Origin: Clostridiales bacterium
GTDB taxonomy: Bacteria > Bacillota > Clostridia > Saccharofermentanales > Saccharofermentanaceae
Length of the DNA: 64,000 nucleotides
Direction of reading: 5' to 3'
Assembly (NCBI GenBank): GCA_017511005.1
Contig: JAFWLP010000069.1
Coordinates: forward strand, 1,918 to 65,917
The notes under the pieces: model-generated
Told to the model about the DNA's origin: nothing
The model's input: only the letters and a program-made list of their open reading frames with translations
Database searches by the model: none
Shown here: positions 30,068 through 38,303 of the stretch, one piece after another
Position numbering within the stretch: position 1 is the stretch's first letter
Layout: every line of letters starts with the position of its first letter
Position numbers and translations under genes: made by a program

Positions 30068-32383
30068 TTATTTTACAGTCATAGTGGCTGCGTTCGATGT
30101 CACAGACTTCCCATATTTATCCTTGACAATGCATCTATACTTCATACCGTTGTGATTCTTGGTTGCCACGAACGCAATCTTATTTGAATTAGATCCTGTT
30201 GCACCGGAATTCTTCCAGGCTCCATTGGAATATACCTGCCACTGATATGTCAGGCCTTCTCCCTGAGCGGATACAATGAATGTTACATAGCTTCCTACAG
30301 TTCCGTTGAAATTAGATGGCTGTTTGGTTATTGACAAAGCGGCAACCACTTTCACTGAAGCAGCATTCGACGTTATGACTTTGCCATTTTGGTCACGGAT
30401 CACGCATCTATACTTCATGCCGTTGTGATTCTTAGTAGTAAGGAACACAATCTTAGATGAATTTGCACCAGTCGCACCGGAATTCTTCCATGCACCGTTT
30501 GAATATACCTGCCACTGGTATGTTAAACCTGTTCCCTGCGCAGTAACACTGAATGATGCCATGCTTCCAACCGGTCCTGTGTAATTTGCCGGCTGTTTTG
30601 TAATCGTTACAGTATTTACAACGGTTATTTTTGCTGTGTTCGAATATATCTTCTTACCATTACTGTCTTTGATGATACATCTGTACTTATTACCATTATG
30701 ATTGTTTGTTACTTTGAAAGAGATCTTATTGGTCTTTGATCCGGTTGCATTGGAATTGCTCCATGCTCCGTTGGAATAGACCTGCCACTGATATGTCAAT
30801 CCTGTTCCGGTTGCCGTTACACTGAATGTTGCCGTGCTTCCTGCTGCACCCGTGTAATTTACAGGCTGTTTTGTAACAGCCAACGGAGTAGTTACGGTTA
30901 CTGTAGCAGTATTTGAATAAACCTTCTGTCCGCTGCTATCCTTAACAATACATCTGTACTTATTACCATTGTGATTGTTAGTAACATTGAAAGAAATCTT
31001 ATTAGTCTTTGATCCGGTTGCATTGGAATCACTCCATGTCCCGTTGGAATAGACCTGCCACTGATATGTAAGTCCTGTTCCGGTAGCTGTGACACTAAAT
31101 GATGCCGTGCTTCCTGCTGTTCCCGTGTAGCTCTTTGGCTGTGAAGTAATGGCAAGAGATGAAACAAAGGTTACCTGAACAGTTACATCTTTAGCAGGCA
31201 TGGTAAACGTATTTCCGCTTATTGCCGTTCCATTTACCTTGATTGAACTTAGCTTATAGCCTGAAGCAGGGGTAGCCGTTACTGTAACCTTATCTCCTTC
31301 TTTTGCTTTGTTGGTCGACAAAGATACAGTTCCATTACTTACACTTCCTACCGAGACGTTGTATGTCTTTATCTCGGGAATATTAACCGAACCTTCATAG
31401 ATCAAAGGATTTGGGCCTTTGCCTGATGCTTCGATAGCATATACGTAAATTGATTGCTGTCCACGCAGGTCGGTAGAAAAAGTTACATTAAAACCATGTT
31501 TGCCTGATATACCGTATTTGGAATTTACACTTTCATTAGTGATGTTGGTTTCTCCAATATTATGTCCCTCTCCATCTATTGCAGGTGCTCCTACATAAAC
31601 GTGAATAGTAATTGACTGATTCGGTACAGTCGGATCATAAGCCCAACCGGAAATCGTGATTTTGCCATTTGCAGCAGTGCAAGAGTCTACGGCACCTACC
31701 GGCACATTCTCGGTAATAGTGCCCGGATTTGTTACAATATAATAACTCTCGCAGTTTGCTATAGCTATGCATGCGCTGCTTTCAGGAATCCTTCCTCGGG
31801 GACAAGCCGGATTCGGATCGGCTACATAAAATATCCCATCTGTAAAATCTGTTACCAATATCGCATGCGGTCTGTCCCAATCGTAGACTACAACACCTTC
31901 AGGATGATATGCCAACAGATTCTGGATCATCCATCTTTTGGTATTTCCATCCACATTGTGAAAAGACGCATCAGTACCGGTTTCCCAGTTTGAATCATAT
32001 GCATATTGATCTACGTGCGCACTTGTTCCTCCGGAAGTCACGTGATCATACGGAGAGTACAATCCATTTGCTCCCCACAAATAGCTGCAGGAAGATTCTG
32101 TAATTTCGGGCCATGTACTATCATTATGAACGATAGCATTACGACGCAACATCATCATATTGGCATATAAAGTACAGGTATCACTGTTATATGGCTGCTG
32201 AAAATAGCAATCAGTATTATTCAAATCCGAACGCGTTGCAGCATTAACAGTATTTGAAAAATTGCCTCCACTTCCAAATTGCATTATTGCAACCGTGATA
32301 CACAAGCTGAGCATTGCAGCTATCGGTTTTGCCAGTAATGCAGTAACAGAACGTTTGTGCTTCATACATTTTACCTCGCTCAT
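30068..32383 (-). CDS. Secreted protein: C39-like cysteine peptidase domain, beta-rich domain, InlB-B-repeat-like domain and 4 C-terminal Ig-like repeats
   Basis: Signal peptide; QQP...CTL, PHAILV and VADP (Q-C-H-D pattern); GDKVTVTATPASGY...FTMPAKDVTV; four YQWQ...YRC repeats. Confidence 0.78.
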   Translation of the reverse strand: MSEVKCMKHKRSVTALLAKPIAAMLSLCITVAIMQFGSGGNFSNTVNAATRSDLNNTDCYFQQPYNSDTCTLYANMMMLRRNAIVHNDSTWPEITESSCSYLWGANGLYSPYDHVTSGGTSAHVDQYAYDSNWETGTDASFHNVDGNTKRWMIQNLLAYHPEGVVVYDWDRPHAILVTDFTDGIFYVADPNPACPRGRIPESSACIAIANCESYYIVTNPGTITENVPVGAVDSCTAANGKITISGWAYDPTVPNQSITIHVYVGAPAIDGEGHNIGETNITNESVNSKYGISGKHGFNVTFSTDLRGQQSIYVYAIEASGKGPNPLIYEGSVNIPEIKTYNVSVGSVSNGTVSLSTNKAKEGDKVTVTATPASGYKLSSIKVNGTAISGNTFTMPAKDVTVQVTFVSSLAITSQPKSYTGTAGSTASFSVTATGTGLTYQWQVYSNGTWSDSNATGSKTNKISFNVTNNHNGNKYRCIVKDSSGQKVYSNTATVTVTTPLAVTKQPVNYTGAAGSTATFSVTATGTGLTYQWQVYSNGAWSNSNATGSKTNKISFKVTNNHNGNKYRCIIKDSNGKKIYSNTAKITVVNTVTITKQPANYTGPVGSMASFSVTAQGTGLTYQWQVYSNGAWKNSGATGANSSKIVFLTTKNHNGMKYRCVIRDQNGKVITSNAASVKVVAALSITKQPSNFNGTVGSYVTFIVSAQGEGLTYQWQVYSNGAWKNSGATGSNSNKIAFVATKNHNGMKYRCIVKDKYGKSVTSNAATMTVK
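30071..31156 (-). repeat. Four tandem Ig-like coding repeats
   Basis: Units begin LAITSQP, LAVTKQP, VTITKQP and LSITKQP. Confidence 0.9.
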
Positions 32384-32501
32384 ATATATTTTTACAGACC
32401 CTCATTAGGGTTTATAAACTGTATAAGATACTGTGGGCTAGCCGTTATCACAACTCTTCTGACGATTTATCTGAGCCTGTAACCACAGTTGAATCATTTT
32501 T

Positions 32502-32954
32502 TCAAATCTTAATATCTAATATTTCTGTAATAACCGCGTTTCCTAAGAAATCCGTAACTACGCATCTGTACTGCATACCATCATCAGCTGCAGTCATCTC
32601 CAAGATCAATTCAGCCGTGTCCGCGCCTTCAACATCGAGATCGATCCATTCACCGTTCTTGCAGTACTGCCACTGATATCTTAAGCATTGGCCTTCTGCT
32701 TCAACTGTGAATGTCACTTTCTCTCCTGCCTTGCCCTTGAATTCCGAAGGCTGCTTAAGGATCGAAGGTCCCTTTGAGGACACTTCTTCAGAAGCTTCTT
32801 CACCTTCTGAACAGATGATCTGCTGTCCGTCAAGCGAGAGCTTGTTTTCTGTTACTTCCTCTTCTTCTACATTAACGGGTTCTTCAAGGACAGGTATCTG
32901 GATCTTATCTTCTATCTCTTCTGACTCAACTCCATCGATCCTGTCATTGATCAA
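32502..32954 (-). CDS. Acidic protein with a single Ig-like domain and no signal peptide (start uncertain)
   Basis: E-rich N-terminus, then PSILKQP...FTVEA...YQWQ...DDGMQYRC; TTG start. Confidence 0.65.
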   Translation of the reverse strand: MINDRIDGVESEEIEDKIQIPVLEEPVNVEEEEVTENKLSLDGQQIICSEGEEASEEVSSKGPSILKQPSEFKGKAGEKVTFTVEAEGQCLRYQWQYCKNGEWIDLDVEGADTAELILEMTAADDGMQYRCVVTDFLGNAVITEILDIKI

Positions 32955-33222
32955 TGCATTACTGACCTCCCAAATGAATCTTCCGGAAATATATAAACTG
33001 TTTTACATACTTTACTGCTGCTTTGTCTATAGCGTTCGGACTCCATCCCAAAAAAACGATAACAACCGTCCCGCCAACCGCACAAACCCGATCAGCAGGA
33101 ACCTTTTAAGAAAAATATTTTTATATTTTTATAATATTACTACTATTATCCACATTCAATTGACAGCATGATATGTTCACAAAGAATTCAAGTAATACAT
33201 AGTTTAATAAAAAACATATTAG

Positions 33223-33256
33223 AAAAGCTCATGAGCACTGTGGCCCATGAGCTTTT
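33223..33256 (-). terminator. Intrinsic terminator of 33311-35362
   Basis: AAAAGCTCATG/CATGAGCTTTT inverted repeat. Confidence 0.75.
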
Positions 33257-33310
33257 TCAGTCAGTTACATTTTCGCTCGCGTTGCAGAATCCGCTGAGAA
33301 TTCGAATAAT

Positions 33311-35362
33311 TTATACAACGCTTACTTTAGCTGTGTTGGAATATACCTTTTTCCCGTTCTTATCAGTAACTATGCATCTGTACTTCATTCCATTGTGGTT
33401 GCTTGTCACCTTGAATGAGATCTTATTTGTCTTAGATCCAGTTGCTCCGGAATTCTTCCAGGCACCATTCGTGTACATCTGCCACTGATATGTCAGGCCT
33501 TCGCCATTTGCCGTTACACTGAAGGTTGCAGTGCTTCCTACTGTGCCTGAGTAATTAACGGGCTGCTTCGTGATTGCTAACGTATTAACAACACTTACGG
33601 AAGCAGCGTTGGATGTGACTGTCTTGCCGTTCTTATCCTTGACAATACATCTGTACTTCATTCCATTGTGGCTATTTGATACCTTAAACGAGATCTTATT
33701 TGTCTTAGATCCAGTCGCTCCTGAATTCTTCCAGGCCCCATTTGTGTACATCTGCCACTGATATGTCAGGCCTTCACCCTGTGCAGTTACACTGAAGGAA
33801 GCCGTGCTTCCTACTGCGCCGGCATAATTTGCGGGCTGCTTTGTAATTGCCAGAGGGGTAACGACTTTAACTGAAACTTCATCTGTTGTTGCAGTTGTTC
33901 CGTTCTTATCTTTGACAATACATCTGTACTTCATTCCGTTGTGGGTATTAGATACCTTGAAAGAGATCTTGTTTGTCTTTGATCCAGTTGCTCCGGAATT
34001 CTTCCAGGCACCATTCGTGTACATCTGCCACTGATATGTAAGTCCTTCTCCCTGAGCGGTAACACTGAAAGATGCTGTGCTTCCGATTGCCCCGGAGTAA
34101 TCAGACGGCTGCTGTGTAATCGTCACCGGAGTACCAATCTTAACGGTTACCGGACTGGATATTGCAATTATTCCATTACTGCTCGTGACAACGCATCTGT
34201 ACATCATTCCGTCGTGGGTATTGGATACCTTAAACGAGATCTTATTTGTCTTAGATCCGGATGCCCCGGAATTCTTCCAGGCACCATTAGAGTACATCTG
34301 CCACTGATAAGTAAGTCCTGTTCCGGTAGCAGTTACGCTGAATGATGCCGTACTTCCTGCTGCACCAGTGTAGTTCTTCGGCTGAGAGGTAATCATTACA
34401 GGAGTATTGTCATAGTGAATCGTGAAATACTGCGGATCAAAAGCGGCATAGTCGTCAATACATTCAAACATTGCGCGCGTTCCGGCATAATAAACGTCAG
34501 CCTCAGGGAAATTATAAGAGTATTCATCTATAAATGCGTCAATAGAGATTTCCGTAACGCTGACAGGAAGTACGATGGTCTTCAATCCCGGACACTTGTA
34601 AAATGTGTGATATCCAATCTTAGTTACGCCATCAGGGATCCTTATGGATGAAAGACTCTCACATTCGTAAAAAGCAAGTGCTCCGATGGAAGTAACACTG
34701 TCAGGTATCGTAACACTTTCCAAAGAGTAGCATCCATAGAATGCTTCACCGCCAATCGAAGTAACTCCGTAAGGAATCTCAATGCTTTCCAAGGAAGGGC
34801 ATTCACAGAAAAGCGCGTCGCTGATTACAGTCAGAGTATTCGGGAGAACTATGTTATAAAGTGATTCGCATGAGTAAAATGCCTCCATACCAATAGAAGT
34901 GACACTGTTAGGAATAACAAGGCTTTCGATAGATTGGCAATACATAAAAGCACCATAACCAATCGAAGTGACACTGTCGGGAATCTTAATATCGGTTAAA
35001 GCATAGCAACAATAAAATGCATAATCACCAATTGAAGTTAAACTATCCGGTAATTCTATGCTAGATAAAGACAAGCAACTATTAAAAGCCTCATTACCGA
35101 TTGAAGTTACATTTCCTGAGAAAACAACAGACTCAATATCTTCCGCATATTCTCCCCACGGAACATTGTCTCTGGAGTAATTATCCATATTTCCCGATCC
35201 GGAAATCGTCAATTTGCCTGAATCATCCAATACCCATGTCAGGTTTTTTCCACATGTTCCGGAAGCAATTGTATCAGCTGATAATACAAGTGCGGGTGAC
35301 ATTGCGAAAACCAATACAACCGCAAGTAAAAAAGCCGTCAGTTTAGATATGGATTTGTTCAT
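33311..35362 (-). CDS. BspA-type LRR_5 secreted protein with 4 C-terminal Ig-like repeats
   Basis: Signal peptide; 23-aa IPDSVTSIGxxAFxxC repeats; four YQWQ...YRC repeats; likely start ATG 35362 (GGGGAG RBS). Confidence 0.9.
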   Translation of the reverse strand: MNKSISKLTAFLLAVVLVFAMSPALVLSADTIASGTCGKNLTWVLDDSGKLTISGSGNMDNYSRDNVPWGEYAEDIESVVFSGNVTSIGNEAFNSCLSLSSIELPDSLTSIGDYAFYCCYALTDIKIPDSVTSIGYGAFMYCQSIESLVIPNSVTSIGMEAFYSCESLYNIVLPNTLTVISDALFCECPSLESIEIPYGVTSIGGEAFYGCYSLESVTIPDSVTSIGALAFYECESLSSIRIPDGVTKIGYHTFYKCPGLKTIVLPVSVTEISIDAFIDEYSYNFPEADVYYAGTRAMFECIDDYAAFDPQYFTIHYDNTPVMITSQPKNYTGAAGSTASFSVTATGTGLTYQWQMYSNGAWKNSGASGSKTNKISFKVSNTHDGMMYRCVVTSSNGIIAISSPVTVKIGTPVTITQQPSDYSGAIGSTASFSVTAQGEGLTYQWQMYTNGAWKNSGATGSKTNKISFKVSNTHNGMKYRCIVKDKNGTTATTDEVSVKVVTPLAITKQPANYAGAVGSTASFSVTAQGEGLTYQWQMYTNGAWKNSGATGSKTNKISFKVSNSHNGMKYRCIVKDKNGKTVTSNAASVSVVNTLAITKQPVNYSGTVGSTATFSVTANGEGLTYQWQMYTNGAWKNSGATGSKTNKISFKVTSNHNGMKYRCIVTDKNGKKVYSNTAKVSVV
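33314..34399 (-). repeat. Four tandem Ig-like coding repeats, near-identical at DNA level
   Basis: GLTYQWQMYxNGAWKNSGAxGSKTNKISFKV in all four units. Confidence 0.9.
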
Positions 35363-35495
35363 TTGATTTCTCCCCAATATATAAATTCACTTGATAATTT
35401 TACAAATTAATTACACGGTTGACAATCACCCGCACGTACAATTTTCAAGTTTGAAGAGAAAAGACTTATCAGAAAAATTCAGACATAAAGACTGT

Positions 35496-36062
35496 TTATA
35501 GCCACTTTGCCGCCCAGGAAAAATCCTGTTCTATAAATGTCTTATGATTCTCATCTCTTGCACTGGTAACATAATCACAGTCAAGTTCCGGCCATCTGAT
35601 CCCGATGGCCTCATCGTTCCAAGGGATACCACCTTCGGATGCGGGATCGTAAACATCGGTACATTTATAGACAAACTCCGCCGTGTCAGACAGTACCAGG
35701 AATCCATGAGCAAATCCTTCAGGGATATAGAACATGTTCTTCTTGTCTGCACGGAGGATAACTCCGTCCCACTTGCCGAAGGTCTCAGAGCCGGGTCTTA
35801 CATCAACCGCAACATCGAACACTTCACCGTGTGTCACACGGACGATCTTTGCCTGAGTATGTTCTTTCTGGAAATGAAGTCCTCTGAGCACACCCTTTGT
35901 ACTGGAACTCTCATTATCCTGTACGAACTCCTTGGTAATTCCCGCGGCAACGAATTCTTCACGCTTATAAGTTTCCATGAAATAACCCCTGTTGTCGCCA
36001 TATACCTCAGGCTGAATAACGACCACACCCGGTAATCTTGTCGGTTCGAATGAAAAAGCCAT
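35496..36062 (-). CDS. rfbC: dTDP-4-dehydrorhamnose 3,5-epimerase
   Basis: DNRGYF, LRGLHFQ and GFAHGF motifs; ATG 36062 overlaps the rfbD stop (TGATG); GGAGG RBS. Confidence 0.93.
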   Translation of the reverse strand: MAFSFEPTRLPGVVVIQPEVYGDNRGYFMETYKREEFVAAGITKEFVQDNESSSTKGVLRGLHFQKEHTQAKIVRVTHGEVFDVAVDVRPGSETFGKWDGVILRADKKNMFYIPEGFAHGFLVLSDTAEFVYKCTDVYDPASEGGIPWNDEAIGIRWPELDCDYVTSARDENHKTFIEQDFSWAAKWL

Positions 36063-36976
36063 CAGAGCATTGCCTCCGCCAGATATCTGCTGACAGCGTC
36101 TTTCCAATCCGGCAAAGGATCAAATCCGGACGCGGTCAGCTTCGATTTGTCGAGTCTTGAATTATAAGGTCTTAAAGCCTTGGATAATCCGTATTCCTCA
36201 GTGGAAACAGGTATCACCTTAGTTGATAAGCCATATTGTCTGTAGATCTCAACACAGAAATCATACCACGATATGTATCCGCCTTCATTTGTGACGTGAT
36301 AATACCCATATCTGTCTGTCTCTGCCATATCAACGAGCAGTCTTGCCAGATCAACGGTATATGTGGGAGTTCCGATCTGATCGTTGACGACACTAACCTG
36401 ATCATGTGTCTTTCCGGCATTGATCATTGTCTTAATAAAATTGTCGCCGTTCAGTCCGAATGCCCATGCGGTTCTTACTATGAAAAACTTCTCCAGAAGC
36501 CCTGATACAGCAAGTTCGCCGTCAAGTTTGCTCCGGCCATACACATTTAGCGGTGCATAGCACTTGTCATCCGGCTGCCACGGGCGTTCTCCATGACCGT
36601 CAAAAACATAATCCGTTGAGACATACAGCATCTTGCATCCGGTTGCATTTGCTGCTTCAGCGATATTCTTTGTACCATCTGCGTTAATGGAATGGACCTT
36701 TTGCCTGTTTGACTCTTCTTCTGCAGCATCCACGGCTGTCCATGCGGCACAATGGATAATGACATCCGGTCTTATCTCTTCGATAACCGAATGAACAGCA
36801 TCGCAGTCTGTTATATCAAGCGTCACATAAGGTGTCTTTGTGACTTCACTCCCGTCAGGTATTCCTGAGTAAACCTCCTGGATATCAGAACCAATAACTT
36901 CATATCCTCTTGATGAAGCATTATTTACAGCATCATGGCCCAGCTGACCGCATACTCCCGTAACTAAAATTCTCAT
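36062..36976 (-). CDS. rfbD: dTDP-4-dehydrorhamnose reductase
   Basis: TGVCGQLG, AAWTAVD, STDYVFDG, YGRSK and DQIGTPT motifs. Confidence 0.93.
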   Translation of the reverse strand: MRILVTGVCGQLGHDAVNNASSRGYEVIGSDIQEVYSGIPDGSEVTKTPYVTLDITDCDAVHSVIEEIRPDVIIHCAAWTAVDAAEEESNRQKVHSINADGTKNIAEAANATGCKMLYVSTDYVFDGHGERPWQPDDKCYAPLNVYGRSKLDGELAVSGLLEKFFIVRTAWAFGLNGDNFIKTMINAGKTHDQVSVVNDQIGTPTYTVDLARLLVDMAETDRYGYYHVTNEGGYISWYDFCVEIYRQYGLSTKVIPVSTEEYGLSKALRPYNSRLDKSKLTASGFDPLPDWKDAVSRYLAEAML

Positions 36977-38094
36977 TTTTGAGTTCTCCGTCCCTCAAAC
37001 AGATTCCTTATCAATCTCTTTATCCTATACTTCACAAAAACCTTATCAGTCACTTCAGATACGCTTCTTCCCTTCCCAATCTGCTCGAAAAACCAATCCC
37101 TCTTGCGCGGCTTTGCTGCCGGATGGTTCAGCTGCGGATTCGCCGCCATAGCTTTTTCCATATCGACATCGAACAGTTCGAGATCAGCGTGTTCGATCAG
37201 CACCTTACCTTTTTCTGTCTGGCACAGGATCAGCGAGACACCATTCGCGTCCGTATCAGCGAGCTGCCCCCATGCGTCACCGAGAGTTATGTCGGATACT
37301 CTTTGGTAAGCGGCATATCTGCAGTTATAACAGCACTCCATGTAATTTATTGCCTTGAGGAAACCGTATGTATAGTGGTCAGGTAGCGTACCGCACACTA
37401 ATCTATTGCCATCAACCACAAGTCCGAAGTTATTATCATTACGGAATCTGACATCACGTGCTTTATCAAGGTCTATACCCTTTTCTGCCAGATACTTGCG
37501 GAGCAGCTGTACTGACGGAGTGCCGTGGCAGATCAAATCGGCCGTGAACAGGTTGTCGCAATCGCCACACACATTCTGAACAGCGGCAGACTGACACGGC
37601 AATCCGATGAAAAGAACCCTGTCCCCCCTGCCCAGTCTGTCCTTGATCTCCTTATAGATCAAATGAGGATTGCTCTTAACGTATTTGGAACCGGCGAACT
37701 TCCTTGCCCTTGAAAGATCATTGGTTATGTCGAACCTGAACTCACCGTTCTCGAAAAGACATGAAGCCACATAACCGCCGTTCCCGATAAATTCTCTTAT
37801 CAGCTCCGAGGCCGCCCCGCCGGATGAGGAACTGCAGCGGAGCTCATCGGTTGCCCAGCCCTGCCTGCCATAGATGATATCCTTCAGTTCCCTTGGCGAA
37901 TTATTTGGACAGACTTTGGCGCAAAGCCCACAGTCGATACACTTGGAGGCGTCAATCAGCGGAGCGAAAAAACCGGTTCTGTTTTCAACGGTAACCGCGC
38001 CTTTGGAGCACACGTTAATACAAGCCTTGCAGCCGGTGCATATATTGCTGTCACATAGAGTTCTGCTTTCCATAAGTATGCTTCTATTCCTCAT
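36973..38094 (-). CDS. FrhB/FdhB-like (F420 hydrogenase beta-subunit family) protein with 2x[4Fe-4S] ferredoxin domain
   Basis: CTGCKACINVC, CIDCGLCAKVCP, SSSGG, GSKYV, GLPCQ, DLICHG and SDITLGD motifs. Confidence 0.85.
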   Translation of the reverse strand: MRNRSILMESRTLCDSNICTGCKACINVCSKGAVTVENRTGFFAPLIDASKCIDCGLCAKVCPNNSPRELKDIIYGRQGWATDELRCSSSSGGAASELIREFIGNGGYVASCLFENGEFRFDITNDLSRARKFAGSKYVKSNPHLIYKEIKDRLGRGDRVLFIGLPCQSAAVQNVCGDCDNLFTADLICHGTPSVQLLRKYLAEKGIDLDKARDVRFRNDNNFGLVVDGNRLVCGTLPDHYTYGFLKAINYMECCYNCRYAAYQRVSDITLGDAWGQLADTDANGVSLILCQTEKGKVLIEHADLELFDVDMEKAMAANPQLNHPAAKPRKRDWFFEQIGKGRSVSEVTDKVFVKYRIKRLIRNLFEGRRTQK

Positions 38095-38303
38095 CCTTTG
38101 ATACTAGTACGCGAAAAGTCAACATGATTGACCATTTCAGTTGACAAATAGGTTGACTTTCGGCAAAAAGCAACTTGGCAGGCAACTTTTTCGCCTGATC
38201 CAGTTGACAAAATACTTACCGGATTTTCACAATTAAGCTTTTTCCACAACGAAGCGCTACTCAGATTACGTACCGGCTTTTTACCGTGCCTCAGTACCAG
38301 CAT
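38091..38303 (-). CDS. Possible 70-aa bridging ORF spanning a palindromic repeat element
   Basis: Start overlaps the wzx stop (TAATG) and stop overlaps the next ATG (ATGA); no recognisable domain. Confidence 0.25.
   Translation of the reverse strand: MLVLRHGKKPVRNLSSASLWKKLNCENPVSILSTGSGEKVACQVAFCRKSTYLSTEMVNHVDFSRTSIKG
38112..38214. repeat. Degenerate palindromic repeat element, 63-bp period
   Basis: CAGTTGACAAA at 38138 and 38201; GTTGAC, GTCAAC and GCAAC half-sites in alternating pairs. Confidence 0.55.

Noticed and set aside
32393-32489. Riboswitch/ncRNA upstream of the C39-like gene (ACTGTGG/CCACAGT and ACCCT/AGGGT stems)
   Set aside because: The stems are short and I could not match them to c-di-GMP, c-di-AMP or other known consensus. 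An Infernal/Rfam scan is needed.
1257-34399. Regular DNA repeats as a CRISPR array or DGR template/variable repeats
   Set aside because: They are in-frame ~265-bp protein domain repeats. There are no unique spacers, cas genes or reverse transcriptase.
36973-38094. True F420 hydrogenase / methanogen-type gene
   Set aside because: No hydrogenase subunits or F420 genes nearby. This subfamily is typical of polysaccharide loci.
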